A stretch of 64,000 bases of DNA from Pseudovirgaria hyperparasitica (lineage: Eukaryota). The DNA is taken from NCBI GenBank assembly GCA_010093815.1, contig ML996576.1; one strand, 5' to 3'. The notes under the pieces are model-generated. The model made no database searches, was not told where the DNA came from, and was given only the letters and a program-made list of their open reading frames with translations. Every line of letters starts with the position of its first letter. Within the stretch, counting starts at the first letter, position 1. The position numbers and the translations under genes are program-made. Of this stretch, positions 12,283-29,507 are shown in pieces.

Positions 12283-14197
12283 TCATGCGCCACCGCCGGC
12301 ACTCATCATCCTTCTTGCCGCAACCCTCTCCCGGGCCTTCGCCGCTCGGTCCTTGTCCATCAGACTATTGGTGCGCCGACCATCATTGAAGGGGCTATGC
12401 TGATGCGACTGCGGTTCTGCGGCTGATTGTCTCCGCGTATGCTGTTGAGCTGGAACGTGTGCAAGATGGTGGGCAGAGTGACCGCGTAAGTGCATCGGAA
12501 CAGGTCCTGTCGCGGCTCCAGGCGGGCCAGTCGAACCGGGGCGCTTTGGGACGGAGATCAAGTCCGACGCGTCGACCGGGGCTGTAGCGGGTCGGCGATA
12601 TTCACGACGGCTCGGACGATATTCCCGGTGGTGATCATGACGGTTGCTCGGTTGGTGCTCGCATGGTGGAGTTAGGGACATCTGTGAGGCGGACGCGAGC
12701 GCGGCTCGTGCTTTAGCCCCCATGCTTACGCCAATGCTGCCATTTATGTTTCCTAGGGTTGCTTGTGAGCCAGATCTTTGCTCAGACGGCTTGTGTACTG
12801 GCGGGGGAAGGGTGAGTTTGTCAAGTTTGCTTGGTGAGATATAGAGATCTTGCACCCAAGGGTCAGGAGAGGAACGCACTTCCGTTGGGGGTTTGGGTGG
12901 TGCAGGTGTGGAGCTTGTGTTGACATCATCTTTGCTTGGTGGATGGTTGTTCTCTTTCGTCAAAGTGTTCGAGTGGAGCTCATGGAGAGGCGGGCGGTCT
13001 GGTAGTACGGACGTTTCTGTTGGTGCATAGGACGTGTTTTTACGAGTACTACCACTTAAAGGTCTAGCAGACTTGCTCCTGCGTCGTCCGCGGGCTGGTG
13101 ATTGGGCGGATATGCGAGGCATACCATTCTGCATCTTCATTGCCTGGTCTTCGGAGATTATAGACTCGTCTTGTTTACGGCCCTTGCTCTTGATAGGCTT
13201 CACGCCCAAGCTTAGGAGCTGATGTTTGAGAGCGACCACTTCTCGATTCACTCGTAGGTTTTCCTGCGTCACGCGCCGTATCTGATCGTGATAGTCCCTG
13301 TTCTGCATCTCGAGTGCGTGGTTACGAGATGCAAGTTTCTTGCGCTCTTGATCCATGGCCACCCCAAGCTCTGTCACCTCCTGATCCTTCTTGGCCGCAT
13401 AGTTCTTTGCCAGTTTCGCCTTATTGACCAGTCTCTTCATTTCGCGCGTACTGTTCTCAGAGTATGTGAGATACTGTTGCTTCCAGTACTTCCCTGATTC
13501 TGATCTCGGTTCTGACAAATCCAATGTGATATCCAAGTCGTCCCTTGCCCAGGATTTAGTAACCGCGTCATTCGCAGAACTGGTCTTCCTACTCGTCTTA
13601 GGTTGAGATTCCTCCTTTGGCTTGATGGTTTCGCGAGCATCGTACAAAGCCTCTGCTAGCTTGCTGCTGCGGGATTTTGTATCGCCAACTGAGGCCATTC
13701 GTGGTGTCCACGGACTTGGGAACTTGCCGGGAAAATTTGCCGGAAGACCACTCCGTCCAATGGCCGGCTCCTTTCCTTCATTGTCCACGACTTGCGTGCC
13801 AAATGAAACAGTCTTTCGTCCTTTCGAGGTGGTGCCAGGTGTCATAAGAATGCCACTAGGCTTCCCGGAAGGCTGGGCTATGTTCTGGTCTACATCCATA
13901 GCAGCACCTTCAATCTGTATATATGGAGCTGTCTTTTCCGTAGGTACTTTCTTTTCAACTAGCTTCTGTTCTTTGCCGGGCACGGACTTGATCTCGTGGT
14001 CTGGATGAGGTGTGCCGAAGAGAGCCTGTTTGAAAGCTCGGACGGGGAAGACGTGTGCAGGAGTCTCCGGTGGCTCAATGAAGGTAGTATCTAGGTAGGA
14101 ATAGGTTCAGCTGGTGATCCAGTACGGACAGGTATCACATACCTTGTAGGTCTTCTGCTACATTGGTGATTCGGGGTCCACTAATCCATGAAAACAT
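12283..14197 (-). CDS. Spindle-pole-body Cut12-domain protein; exons 14197-14143 and 14090-12283
   Basis: EPPETPAHVFPVRAFKQALFGTP, GILMTPGT...KTVSF, FPGKFPSPWTP and LDLSEPRSESGKYWK motifs followed by a coiled coil; GTATGT..TAG intron. Confidence 0.85.
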
Positions 14198-14211
14198 CTC
14201 CAAAGGGCGAG

Positions 14212-14424
14212 ACGCGTAGACTCGAATAAAAGAGTGTTAAGACAATCAAGCCGCCACAAGATTTAGAAAGTATGCTATGCTAATGCAGAGCGATACTCCG
14301 TAGTATCTGTTCGCGTCGCGCTTAAGACCAAGGTGACGGACAGTAACAGAGTCGTGGTTTGTTTGTGTATTGTGGCAGCAGGCGGTTTTGAGTATCAGCT
14401 AGCGCGCATGCTTTGGCCACGCGT
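14212..14424. promoter_or_regulatory. MCB-like ACGCGT elements in the Cut12/GCN2 divergent intergenic region
   Basis: ACGCGT at 14212-14217 and 14419-14424, plus TCGCGTCGCG at 14311-14320. Confidence 0.35.
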
Positions 14425-14820
14425 CCGAGTGAGAGAAAGAGGGTAATCGCGGTCAAGGAGTCGCAGTCGAGATTGGCTTAAAAAGCAAAGAGCTGTTGTG
14501 AGGTCGAATGTTGCGAGTTAATTGGACGATGGAAGTCGCATTGCTATATTGAATCTGTGTGTTTACTTCGAGAAGCTGTCGCTGATGCCGCTAGCACTGG
14601 ACGCTGTTCCAGAAAGAGTTTAGACCATCTGCTGCTCCAGGTCTGACTGCCACTTCGCCCTCGCCGCCGCTGTTCTTACAGCGAAGCGAAAGACACACTT
14701 ACTATATTCCAGAGATATCTTGATTTATACAATGTTGTCTCACGCCGTGTGAAGGGTTGCAGCTCCGGCTGCACGTCTCTCAATCGACCCATGCCTCCTT
14801 TGGTCGACATCTGAGTCTAG

Positions 14821-19816
<4,996 letters not shown>

Positions 19817-19992
19817 AGTAGGTTGATACATGGATTCCTTGAATACAGCATACCTGATTGCAGCGTTAATGAGGGAGTAGAAACATTGATGAACATCATG
19901 AACTGCATATCTCTTACTATAGAACCATTAGCGAGCATAGAAAATGTCAAAAATAGGATGGGTCTGTTCAAAGACTCTATCCGTCCTACTAC

Positions 19993-21021
19993 TCAAGCTT
20001 TCGAGACATGGACAATTATGTTACCCCTTGCCCTCCCAGTCTTCTGCTTCTCATATGCATTTGGCGCCTCTTCGAACTCATACGTCGAATCAATCACAGT
20101 CTTGATCTTGCCCTCTTTCAACCACGAGGCCAATTGCTTCAAATCACCCTCCTTGCTAGCCATCATCATAAACACATGCTTCGCCTTACCCCCGCCCAAC
20201 ATCGCCGGTCTTAACTTCGCACTCAAGGTCGCACCCAAATCACCAAGACTAGGCATACCCGCAACCTTGACAAACGTGCCCTGCGGCTTCAAAAACGCAT
20301 TGCTCGCGGGATACAGCTCCGCCGGTGATCCCACATTGTCAACCACTAAATCAAACATCGGTCCTTTATCACCCAGACTCGCAATTACATCGCCCGCCTT
20401 ATAATCCACGACCTCGTCCGCGCCGAGCTCCTTGCACAGCGAAATGTTCGCACTACTACACGTCACCGTGACGTGCGCGCCCAGCAGCTTCGCAATCTGG
20501 ATCCCATACGTGCCCACCGCCCCACTACCCCCGTTCAACAACACCCGCGCCCCGCTTTGAGGCTTGACATACGGCACGATACTCTGCAGCGCTGAGACGC
20601 CCGCCGTCGGCAGCGCAGCCGCGTCATCATGACTGACACCCTCGGGGATCAGGGCCACAGCGTCGAGTTTCGGCGCCACGAACTCGCCAAGCGCGCCGTG
20701 TTTCGCGAGCGGGCCTGCGAGCCCGAAGATGGAATCTCCGGGCTTGATGGACAACGACGAGGAGGAGGAGGGTACCGACACGACGGTGCCGGAAAAGTCT
20801 TGGCCGGGGGTAGTCGGGGTCGAGAGCATATATTTGAAAGGTGCACCTGCTTCGGCGATTTTGTAGTCGACTGGATTGGTGGACATGGATGTGACGCGAA
20901 CAAGGAGGCCTGAGGATGGAGGTAGGGGCGCCGTGGTGTTGAGGATTAGGGATTTGGGGAGGGCATTTTGCGAGGGAACGTATTGCCACGCTCGCATCTG
21001 GGTTGGGAGTTTCTCGGTCAT
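19993..21021 (-). CDS. MDR-superfamily NADPH quinone/enoyl reductase-like protein (Yim1/RTN4IP1-like), single exon
   Basis: STNPVDYK, PGQDFSG, AAALPTAG, VLLNGGSGAVGTYGIQIAK, LGADEVVDY, GRARGNII. Confidence 0.9.
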   Translation of the reverse strand: MTEKLPTQMRAWQYVPSQNALPKSLILNTTAPLPPSSGLLVRVTSMSTNPVDYKIAEAGAPFKYMLSTPTTPGQDFSGTVVSVPSSSSSLSIKPGDSIFGLAGPLAKHGALGEFVAPKLDAVALIPEGVSHDDAAALPTAGVSALQSIVPYVKPQSGARVLLNGGSGAVGTYGIQIAKLLGAHVTVTCSSANISLCKELGADEVVDYKAGDVIASLGDKGPMFDLVVDNVGSPAELYPASNAFLKPQGTFVKVAGMPSLGDLGATLSAKLRPAMLGGGKAKHVFMMMASKEGDLKQLASWLKEGKIKTVIDSTYEFEEAPNAYEKQKTGRARGNIIVHVSKA

Positions 21022-21857
21022 TGTGCTCGAGTATTGGTTGGATATTTGGTCGTGAAAGAATAAGTGGTCAATAACAGGTCGAAAAGATAGGTCAAGGCCT
21101 TATGTTAGTTACACTTGGATAGCAGCGGGTGGCAAGTCAATTGACGTAATATTATGTAGATGCTGCGGGTCGCTCCGACATGGATGGTGACGTTAGCGTT
21201 GGCCAGCTTTGCAGGACTTACTAGGATCTATCGGAAGGACACGGACATGGTATGGTTCGGATTTGCATATAACGACCCTGAAACGCTTACATTTGGTGTT
21301 GATTCTAAGAAGGAAGAGAATTCCGATGTCTGGTCGGAAGCCTTCTCAGACGTTAACGCAACATATTACTTGCCAGTGGCTTTGACTTCGCATGTCCGCA
21401 TAGAACGACCTGCTGGATCTGATACCCTCGAGACAATATTACAATTTGTCACCCTTGTAGGGTCAGACCAAGAGCGGCCTAAACAAAGCGGACTGTTTCG
21501 GGTGGACGAGGCTCTATCCCAGAGTTCTCAACAATAATTAGCAAACCTGGTATCAACTTCAGAACATCATTTATCAATGTTGCTATATATCAGAACTCAT
21601 ATGTTGAAACATGTTTTCTATGTACGTCATAGCGATAGTCTAATCTTCGATTGGGACACGCGAACAGATCGTAATCTGAACATCCTCATGTAAAAAACAA
21701 ACCCAGTATAGAACACCTCTATCCAGCCGTACATGTTCCATGATAGGGCAGATTCCAGCTGCATGGGCACCCTCCTGCCTCGCGATTGGGACGCATTGGT
21801 CCTCATCGCTTGTCTGGCGTCTTCCTCCACTTTTCAGTCATCTGCTGTGAATAATGC

Positions 21858-23804
21858 CTAGACGGAGCCAGTCGATGTCATCTTTTTGCGGAGGTGGTTC
21901 TTGTACTCGGTGATGGTGCCATCCCATCGGCGTACTGTCTTGTGCTCGCAAACCATGATGTCTTTCGCAATTTTGTCGAGTAACCTGCACTTTGTGAGTA
22001 CTCAAATGCACAGGGACACGCAGGGTTAAAAGCTTACCTGAAGTCGTGGGAGACAACAACGACACCACCGTTGAAAGCGTTAATGGCGTCAGCCAAACTG
22101 TCAATAGTAGGAATATCAAGACCATTGGTAGGCTCGTCAAGTAGAAGCATGTTTGGCGATTCGATAGCCAAAAGAGCGAACACGATTCTACTCTTCTGTC
22201 CCTCTGACAAAGTGCCCATTAGAGCAGTCTGAGACTCACCACTAAGACCGTATTTGCCAAGTTGCTGTCTCCAGTATTGGTAGTCTTGGCTAACGGCGGG
22301 GTACTTGTCGCGGACAAAGTCGAGAGCAGACTTGGTAAGATCGAGTTGCTCTGCTGAATGCTGACTGTAGAGACCAAGCTTCAGGTGCGAGTGGCGTGAG
22401 ACACTTCCTCCAGATGGCGAAAGAGCTCCAGTAAAGATACGAAGAAGGGTGGATTTACCAACACCATTGGGTCCAACAAGACAAGTACGCGAGTCCATGT
22501 CGACACCAAAATCAAGATTTTCGTAGAGGTTGTCTTCTTTCTTGCCCGAGTACGCGAATGTCACGTCGTCCAAGGAGAGTACAGGAGGTGGTAGCTTCTC
22601 AACATCGGCGAAACGGAAAGAGAAGACACGGTCCTGAACGACCTCCTCGATGAAGCCATCTGCCTCCATTTTATCGAGAATCTTTTGCCGAGATTTGGCC
22701 TGCTTGACCAAATTGGCGTATGTTCCAGCGGATGCAATGAACTTCTTGATGTGCTTGATTTCTTCTTGTTGCTTTTCATAGGCCTTGGTCTGGTTTGTCT
22801 CCTGTTCGGACCTGGTCTTGATGTACGAGTCGTAATTACCACCGTAGTACGTGAGTTTCTTCATTCTCATGTCGATCATGTTGGTGCATACTCCGTTCAG
22901 GAAGTCCATACTGTGAGAGACGAGGATGAGGGTACGGTCCCATTTCTTCAGATATTCTTCCAACCACACACAGGCTTCCAGGTCCAAATGGGCGGTAGGG
23001 TCGTCGAGTAGGAGGAGAGAGGGGCGAACGAAAAGGGCTTTGCCAAGAGCAACACGCATTCTCCAGCCACCAGACATATCTTTCGTCTTCTTCAAAATCG
23101 TCTTCTTGTTGAATCCGAGACCAGTCAAGATGAGGGAAGCACGAGTGTGGAAGGTAGATGGGTCCATAGATTCCATGCGCTATCATTCAGTCAGTCGGTA
23201 TAGCCATTGAAATAGTAGTGTTGTGTCTTACCTCATAAAGATCCATAAGAACAGGGCTCTCAGGCCCATCGTTTTCTAAGATGGTCTCGGCTTGCTTCTC
23301 CATCCTCGCCAACTCGTTCTCAGCCTCCTTGACAACCCACTCCAAAGCACCCAATTCTGATGGTGGGGCACCCTCATTAAGGAGGTAGATATCAACATGC
23401 TCCGGAAATGGATATTCACGCTTGTCGATGGCTTTCAGGAGAGTAGACTTGCCGCAGCCATTCTCACCGAGGAGTCCGTATCTTCGACCGAAAGTGACCT
23501 CTAAGGTGCAGTCTGTGAGTAGATTTTTTCCGTGGAACACAAGACTGGCGGATGTGATTTTGACGTCGCGACTGGCCGCGAGCGACGAAAGCACACCAGT
23601 CGTGACACGGTCAGAGATACCGTGCTCATCGATTTGCGAAGTGAGCTTGGCGATCTCATCCTCCTCCTCGCCGTTGACAGACGAAGCCTTGGAGGCATTC
23701 TTGGAACCAGCCTTGGAAGAGACCTTGGAGGCGGCGGTCTTCTTGGGCTCCTTGCCGGCAGCGAGACGTTTAGCCTCGCGGGCGGCTTTAGAAGCAGATA
23801 CCAT
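21858..23804 (-). CDS. ARB1: ABC-F ATPase Arb1/ABCF2; exons 23804-23232, 23179-22038, 21984-21858
   Basis: Two ABC cassettes ([51 protein letters not shown]), no TM helices, linker [21 protein letters not shown]. Confidence 0.95.
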
Positions 23805-24563
23805 GTTTCTCTTCCTTATGTGTCTGTATGCAGAATGTGTAGACTGTAAAAGTCGGGCTGATTTTCTTTCAGGCTCTATATCGAGGTGGGGCCTAGGGCG
23901 CTAATCGATAGGCGGGACAGTGTCAGTTGGCAACTATCTAGGTATGCGATGCCTTATGAAGCAAAGAGGGAGGACTCGTGAAGTATCAAAGGCGTATGCT
24001 TGCCTATTACTTCACGCGGTTTGAGGGAACAAGAAGTGAGGAAGTAAGAGGATGAGATTCAGCGTTAGTTGGTGAGCAGCCCGAGATTGAAAATTAGAAT
24101 TCCCACAGAGCAGCCTGGTGGCGGGCGCCGCTAGATAGGGTTTAGCCTACATCCCGCTAATTTCCACCCCGCCATTACGTAGTCAGAAGCTCGTTGATCC
24201 AACCCAAGAACTGACAGGAAGATGTTCAGGTGTAGATTAATCTACCAAGACATCGCAGTATCACAATGTCATGTTCATTCTCTTTCGACTGGTTTGAACC
24301 ATTTCTCTTTGCTTACGCTGGCCAAAAGGACGGTTGGCCGCATTGCCGCAAGCGGTGACATAATTTTCATGGCGGTTCATACGAACCATGGTCTTCCTAA
24401 CCCAGCTAACACAATTCGTTGACCAGAACGAACTGATGTGCAATCGTGAATAGAAAATGCACGAGCACCAACCCATCGCGTAGCCAGGGCAACTGCACGT
24501 TTGCTATCAATTCGTCAAAGAACCCATCCTTGCTAAGCGTGTTGTTCCCATAACAGTTCGGGA

Positions 24564-25566
24564 TCATCGCGCGCCATCATGTACCATAGTATTTTCAGAA
24601 TTCGCACTGATCGAATCTTGACTTGTAATTTGACGATCGAGGGTCGTGTCGAGCGAGGTAGACCGCATTGAAAGACTCGAACGAGCGATAACAGGCGGTA
24701 GTAGTACTGGTGGACTGTTTCCGATATAATGCTGACCACTCAAGCCTGTCTCAGACACTTTCACATCGACAAGAATACCATGATCAGTAGCATGAGTGAT
24801 CTTCTGCTCCTCTAATGCTTCCAGGTCAGGCTGGTGCGACTGCTCTTGATTCCACAGCCTCCCACCGACATCTCGCGGTGTCCACCAAAAGACCGGAAAC
24901 GTTCGCTGGATATTATTAACAAGGAGAGCAATCCCAAGCATGACAGAAGTCCCGATCAAAACATATGGAAGGAGGGTCCACCCCATTGCCTCGACATCCG
25001 GATCAATCGCAGCCAGAAGCGCTGTCGCTCCGCCAGGTGGATGAGCAGTGTTGGTAAACGTCATAACGCTAGAGGCCAGGCCTACGGCAACAGCGCCAGC
25101 GAGCCACTTAATTTCCTCAAAGTTGTCCGAGTACTTGAAGAGCTTGGTGATACAAATGCCGCTCAGGGCTGACAGAAAGTGGCCGAGTATGCAGTTTCGA
25201 GGTTGACCGAGGGGTGACCCGATGACGCCATATTCGAGGACAGCAGATGCGCCCTATATTCATCAGCTTCAGTTATAAGATTGCATCCCATATACTTACG
25301 AAACTTGCGATGATGATAGGTGGATTGGCATGCTTGAGCGCTCCGCTGTATTTGAAAATAGCGCACACAGCAGCAATACCACAGAATGCTCCAAAGAATG
25401 ACCACCACCAAATGAGCACGTTTCCGACATCTTTTCGTGGGGTTTTCCTGTAGCCGAGAAACCAGGCTATGCATCGCGGTAGACGGTACACTTGTGATCG
25501 GGGCAGATACGGATTGACGTAGTCGTCAACATCGAAACTCAGGTTACGTATAGTCGAGTATTTCAT
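24564..25566 (-). CDS. HPP-family integral membrane protein; exons 25566-25300 and 25253-24564
   Basis: IIASF/GASAVLEY...SPLGQPRN...GH and TAHPPGGATALLA signature motifs; GTAAGT..TAG intron. Confidence 0.9.
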
Positions 25567-27157
25567 GGCGGTAGATATCAGGATTTAGATTACCGCCTTC
25601 ATACGGAGGTGGAGCAGCGATATCAAGCAATGACATTGTCTCGGATGACATCAAGGACGAACGGAAGGACAGCATGATTGCTGCAAGTAGCCGCGACTTG
25701 CAAAGAAAGAAGCGGATCAATACGGTCACGACGGCCCTCGTAGTCTGGTCTTATGGACTGGTTTGTAACAGACTTGCGCGCTTTCGGATTAATGTACGTA
25801 ATATGTTCGAAGACACATCGGTTTTCCTCGGAGAAAACTTCCCGGTTCCTTTTACCTACCTCGGGTCACCGTAGAGGGCATACAAGACAAAGATTACTTT
25901 GCTCATAAATTTCTGCATTCAATAAGACATAGACTCCAACACCACATACCCGGAATCACCGGAAATCAGAAATGCAATTTTACTTTGGGCTCATGAAACT
26001 CTACGAACGCCCTAAGACCCCCTAGAGCCCACAGCTGGAGCCCTGAAATACCCGATTTCAACGCTGCAGAACCACCAGCGCTCGCTCTCTCTCCTCCAGA
26101 ACATTCTCCCATTTGAGTCCCTATATCTGTTCGAGTATCATGAGTTCACGCAAAAAGCCAAATAGTAACAGCAATTTCTTATGTCAAATCGAGTGTTCTT
26201 ACGCGATTTCGTGTTTGGTATCGCGCATAAATCGATTCAGAGTTACATTTGGGTATCCCACATGAGTTATGCGCTATTCTAGCTGGTCAAGGTGTATATT
26301 AAACATAAGGAGACGGTCAATGATAGAAGCGTAGTTTCGTGAGATGTCACCAATAAACCTAAGGCTCCTCACCAGACTCGGTGTCGTGCGTTCTGTTGGC
26401 TGTGAAAGATATAGGTGTAGCAGTCTAAATGAACCGCATTGATTGATTCCCTTGGCCTTTAGATCACACCTCAGTTCAGATGTTGTGTCGAAATATCGAT
26501 TCTTGGACTTCCAGCGTCAAGATGAATGGCATGATGGTTTGGACGAGCCAAGCATCGGTTTGGAGTGCTTTGACTGGATACATATTCTATCAGATCGTCT
26601 CAGGGTGCCAGACAGACAACAGCAGGGGCAGTTCATCAACCTAGGTCTATACTATCGGGATGCATCTCCGCTGATCGACTGTGATATAAATCACCCACAC
26701 ATCTTTTCATTCCTGGTTGCCTCTCTCGAGCTTTGAGAGTGCCGAAAGTTCTTGGATCAAGGTAGCAAGTGCGGTGATTTGCATCTGAGGGCGGGTGCCC
26801 GGGGACACTGGATTGTGGATAGAAGCGTGCAGCTCAGTCTTGATAATGGCCCAATGACTACATGGTCTCATCAAGGAATTTATAAAGATTGTACATTGGG
26901 TGCGCTCAACTCTAGATTGGGTGAGCTCGCTGTTGTTGCCCGTGCGTCGATAGCAGACTTGGACGATCTACTGATGCACCACGACATAAACCAAACGCTT
27001 ATCGATGTTAACCCATGGTCCAGTTCTCACAATGGCCCTGTTGTTTACTCTCTACACTATAGTGTAATCCTTAGGGCATGATTTTGAAGTCTGATGTGTC
27101 AAGGGTAGTAGCAGCCGGAAACTTTGTATATTCTCTATCGTATGGTATGACGTGACT

Positions 27158-28657
27158 TCAGCGAATGCAAGAAAGACACTTCTTCTCAATCCATCTTGCA
27201 AAACGTACACTTGGTGCATCGATCAGTCTTTCGACCTGTGCAGCAGCAAAGAAGACGGGTAGTAGGAGGACAGGGTACCAGACAAACGCGCAAAGAAGCC
27301 AATAACCAAGAGATTCTTCGTGTGGTGCCAGGCTTGGTGGGTCCAGTCCAAAGAGCTGGAACAGGAATGCCTGAAACCGGAGAGCGAAGAGATAAATGAC
27401 AGCCTCATGTATGAGATAGAGAGAGAATGACACTTTGCCAAGATATTGACACAGTCGTGTTTCGAATACAGCTTTGAGTCGAGGCAGTTGAGATATTGAT
27501 CCTAGAATACCGACGCCAGATAGGGACCACCAGAAACGCGCGTGATCTTCCATGTACAGGCCAGTGGGAGTGTGTCGTCGCATGAATTCGAATCCCACCA
27601 TTGGTCTTGTATCAACCCATGGATATGCTTCCTTGTCGAGGGTTGGAAAGCCTCCAATATAAAAGGATAACAAGAAGATTGTAACCCATAAGGCTCTAGC
27701 TTTGTTTGTGATGGTCTTTCGGACTGCCAATGCGTCGAAGTTCTTCTCTTGAGCGAGGTTGATATCGGCAAGGAGCATTCCTGAGGCGAAGCAGAAGTAA
27801 TGCCAGGCTCCGGAGCACATGCAAATGACAACTAGAAACGCGGTGAAGATCATGCGAGTGATATGACTTGGTACGTGTATGAAAGACAGCAACCAGATGT
27901 AGCATAGGAAAGAGCCGTAAAATTCAAGAGGTATGGTCCATATGACAGCCTCATACCTGGGATGCGTCACAAACCCATGCATCGAGCGATAAAAATTGTG
28001 GACCGGGTTCATGAGGTGATCGAGGTCGAGCAACCAGTCTTTGACTTGTCCCCAGAACGTAGGTTCAGGCTTGAAGCTGAAGTTAAGAGGCGGCGCAAAT
28101 CCAACACGCGTTCCCAGCATCTCGAAGAAAGTCAGCAGTATGACGGGGCCATACAATCTAAACCCGCGTCGGAACATCGAAGACGCCACTGCTGGATAGA
28201 CCCGAGGGGCTGCTCCTGCACGTAGCCATAGAAGACTTTTGTGCGTCAGAACATAGCCGGAAACCACGAAGAAGAGTGAAACTGCAGGACCCCCAGAGAC
28301 GAAGATAGTCCTGACGAAAGGAAAGCCGAGGAGATTGGTAACGGAAGGGTCAGCATGCCAGGCAGGGACGAGTCGTATCCAGCATCCCATGGAGTGGAAG
28401 ATGAACACCCCAAGAGCAGCAACTCCGCGAACACCATCTAACCATGAAGTCGAGCGTAGCCGTATTGAATCTGAAGATGGATAGCCTATCAGTCTTCCTA
28501 ACAACGTTGTGCACGTCTTCTTCACGGATGATGACCGACGTCGTGGCTCCGAGACAGCACTGTCAGGCCTATGCAAGGCTTCAACGTCGAGTTCTGCTTC
28601 ATCCCTCAGTTCTGAGAGTTTCTCTAGCTCTCGGGAGGATGGTAATGTGAGTCCCAT
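27158..28657 (-). CDS. Acyltransferase-3 (OafA-like) membrane O-acyltransferase, single exon
   Basis: WLDGVRGVAALGVFIFH, AVSLFFVVSGYVL, RRGFRLY, WTIPLEFYGS, YLGKVSFSLYLIH; about 10 TM segments. Confidence 0.92.
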   Translation of the reverse strand: MGLTLPSSRELEKLSELRDEAELDVEALHRPDSAVSEPRRRSSSVKKTCTTLLGRLIGYPSSDSIRLRSTSWLDGVRGVAALGVFIFHSMGCWIRLVPAWHADPSVTNLLGFPFVRTIFVSGGPAVSLFFVVSGYVLTHKSLLWLRAGAAPRVYPAVASSMFRRGFRLYGPVILLTFFEMLGTRVGFAPPLNFSFKPEPTFWGQVKDWLLDLDHLMNPVHNFYRSMHGFVTHPRYEAVIWTIPLEFYGSFLCYIWLLSFIHVPSHITRMIFTAFLVVICMCSGAWHYFCFASGMLLADINLAQEKNFDALAVRKTITNKARALWVTIFLLSFYIGGFPTLDKEAYPWVDTRPMVGFEFMRRHTPTGLYMEDHARFWWSLSGVGILGSISQLPRLKAVFETRLCQYLGKVSFSLYLIHEAVIYLFALRFQAFLFQLFGLDPPSLAPHEESLGYWLLCAFVWYPVLLLPVFFAAAQVERLIDAPSVRFARWIEKKCLSCIR

Positions 28658-29507
28658 GATGAAGAAGTGATGATAGTGGAAAAGAACCAGGCGAATCTTC
28701 AGCTGCCGTGGCTAAGCTGGGTGCCTCGCCTCAGACCAGTGTGGTATCGAGCGAGTATAGCATATGAATATGTAATTACGAGATGACGGAGCAGGCGGAG
28801 GCTGATATAGATCAGCAAATAATGGAAAACATGCAGAAGATGCGTCGTTGACAATCAACGAAAGTCAAGAGATTGTCGCTGTTCATGCTGTGGAGGCCGC
28901 GGCCCAGATGACAGCCACAAGTAGGCTCGCGGGGCTCTGTGCACTGATTCTGGTTTAGCGTGCACTTTCGAAGACGCCTTTTGCATACATTAGGAAGGTG
29001 CCATGTCGATCTCTTCCCCTGACGGCTGTACGTAAGTCAGCGAGCTGTCCCTGCTTGAACAATAATTATATGATTATATGAGTGTATATGTATGCTATAA
29101 TTTATGGTCCGTGGCAATGAGTAGCCACTCCTTGCGACACCTATCCTGCTCCCGAATGATCTCTCGGCTAGAGTAGGAGCTTCTCAGCCACGAACGGATA
29201 CATGATAACCACAGAATAGCTTTTGGGTCACAAGTTAATATTGCTCATGGGACCTTGTTTGGGTATCGGTTAATATGGCCTCATCGAATCCAATGTGTGA
29301 AGAACATTTTATGCCGTCACGCATGGAGTCCAGCCTTCTTCGGATCACCCCGTTTCGTCGTGTAACAGAGCATGCTTATGCATATACTGTGCGATTCTGG
29401 CGAATGACTGTAGGATACATCTCTAAATACCAGATATCTTGTTTTTGAGTGGCTAGTTCTCATAAGTGTGTGTGTTCATACGATGCAAGATACATTACTC
29501 CTAAATT

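Noticed and set aside
14300..14312. GTAGTATCTGTTC, identical to the U2 snRNA branch-recognition region
   Set aside because: Only 13 nt match. Flanks lack U2 stem I and an Sm site; part of a local GATACT/AGTATC hairpin. Treated as chance.
19993..20004. C-terminal SKA of the reductase as PTS1 or readthrough PTS1
   Set aside because: Non-canonical tripeptide; stop context is TGA-GTA and the readthrough frame does not end in a PTS1.
27053..27066. Perfect 14-bp palindrome TACACTATAGTGTA
   Set aside because: A few palindromes of this size are expected by chance in 64 kb; no associated element.
26443..27081. Two short plus-strand ORFs between HPP and the acyltransferase
   Set aside because: Non-ATG starts, no recognisable motifs, no convincing splice model.
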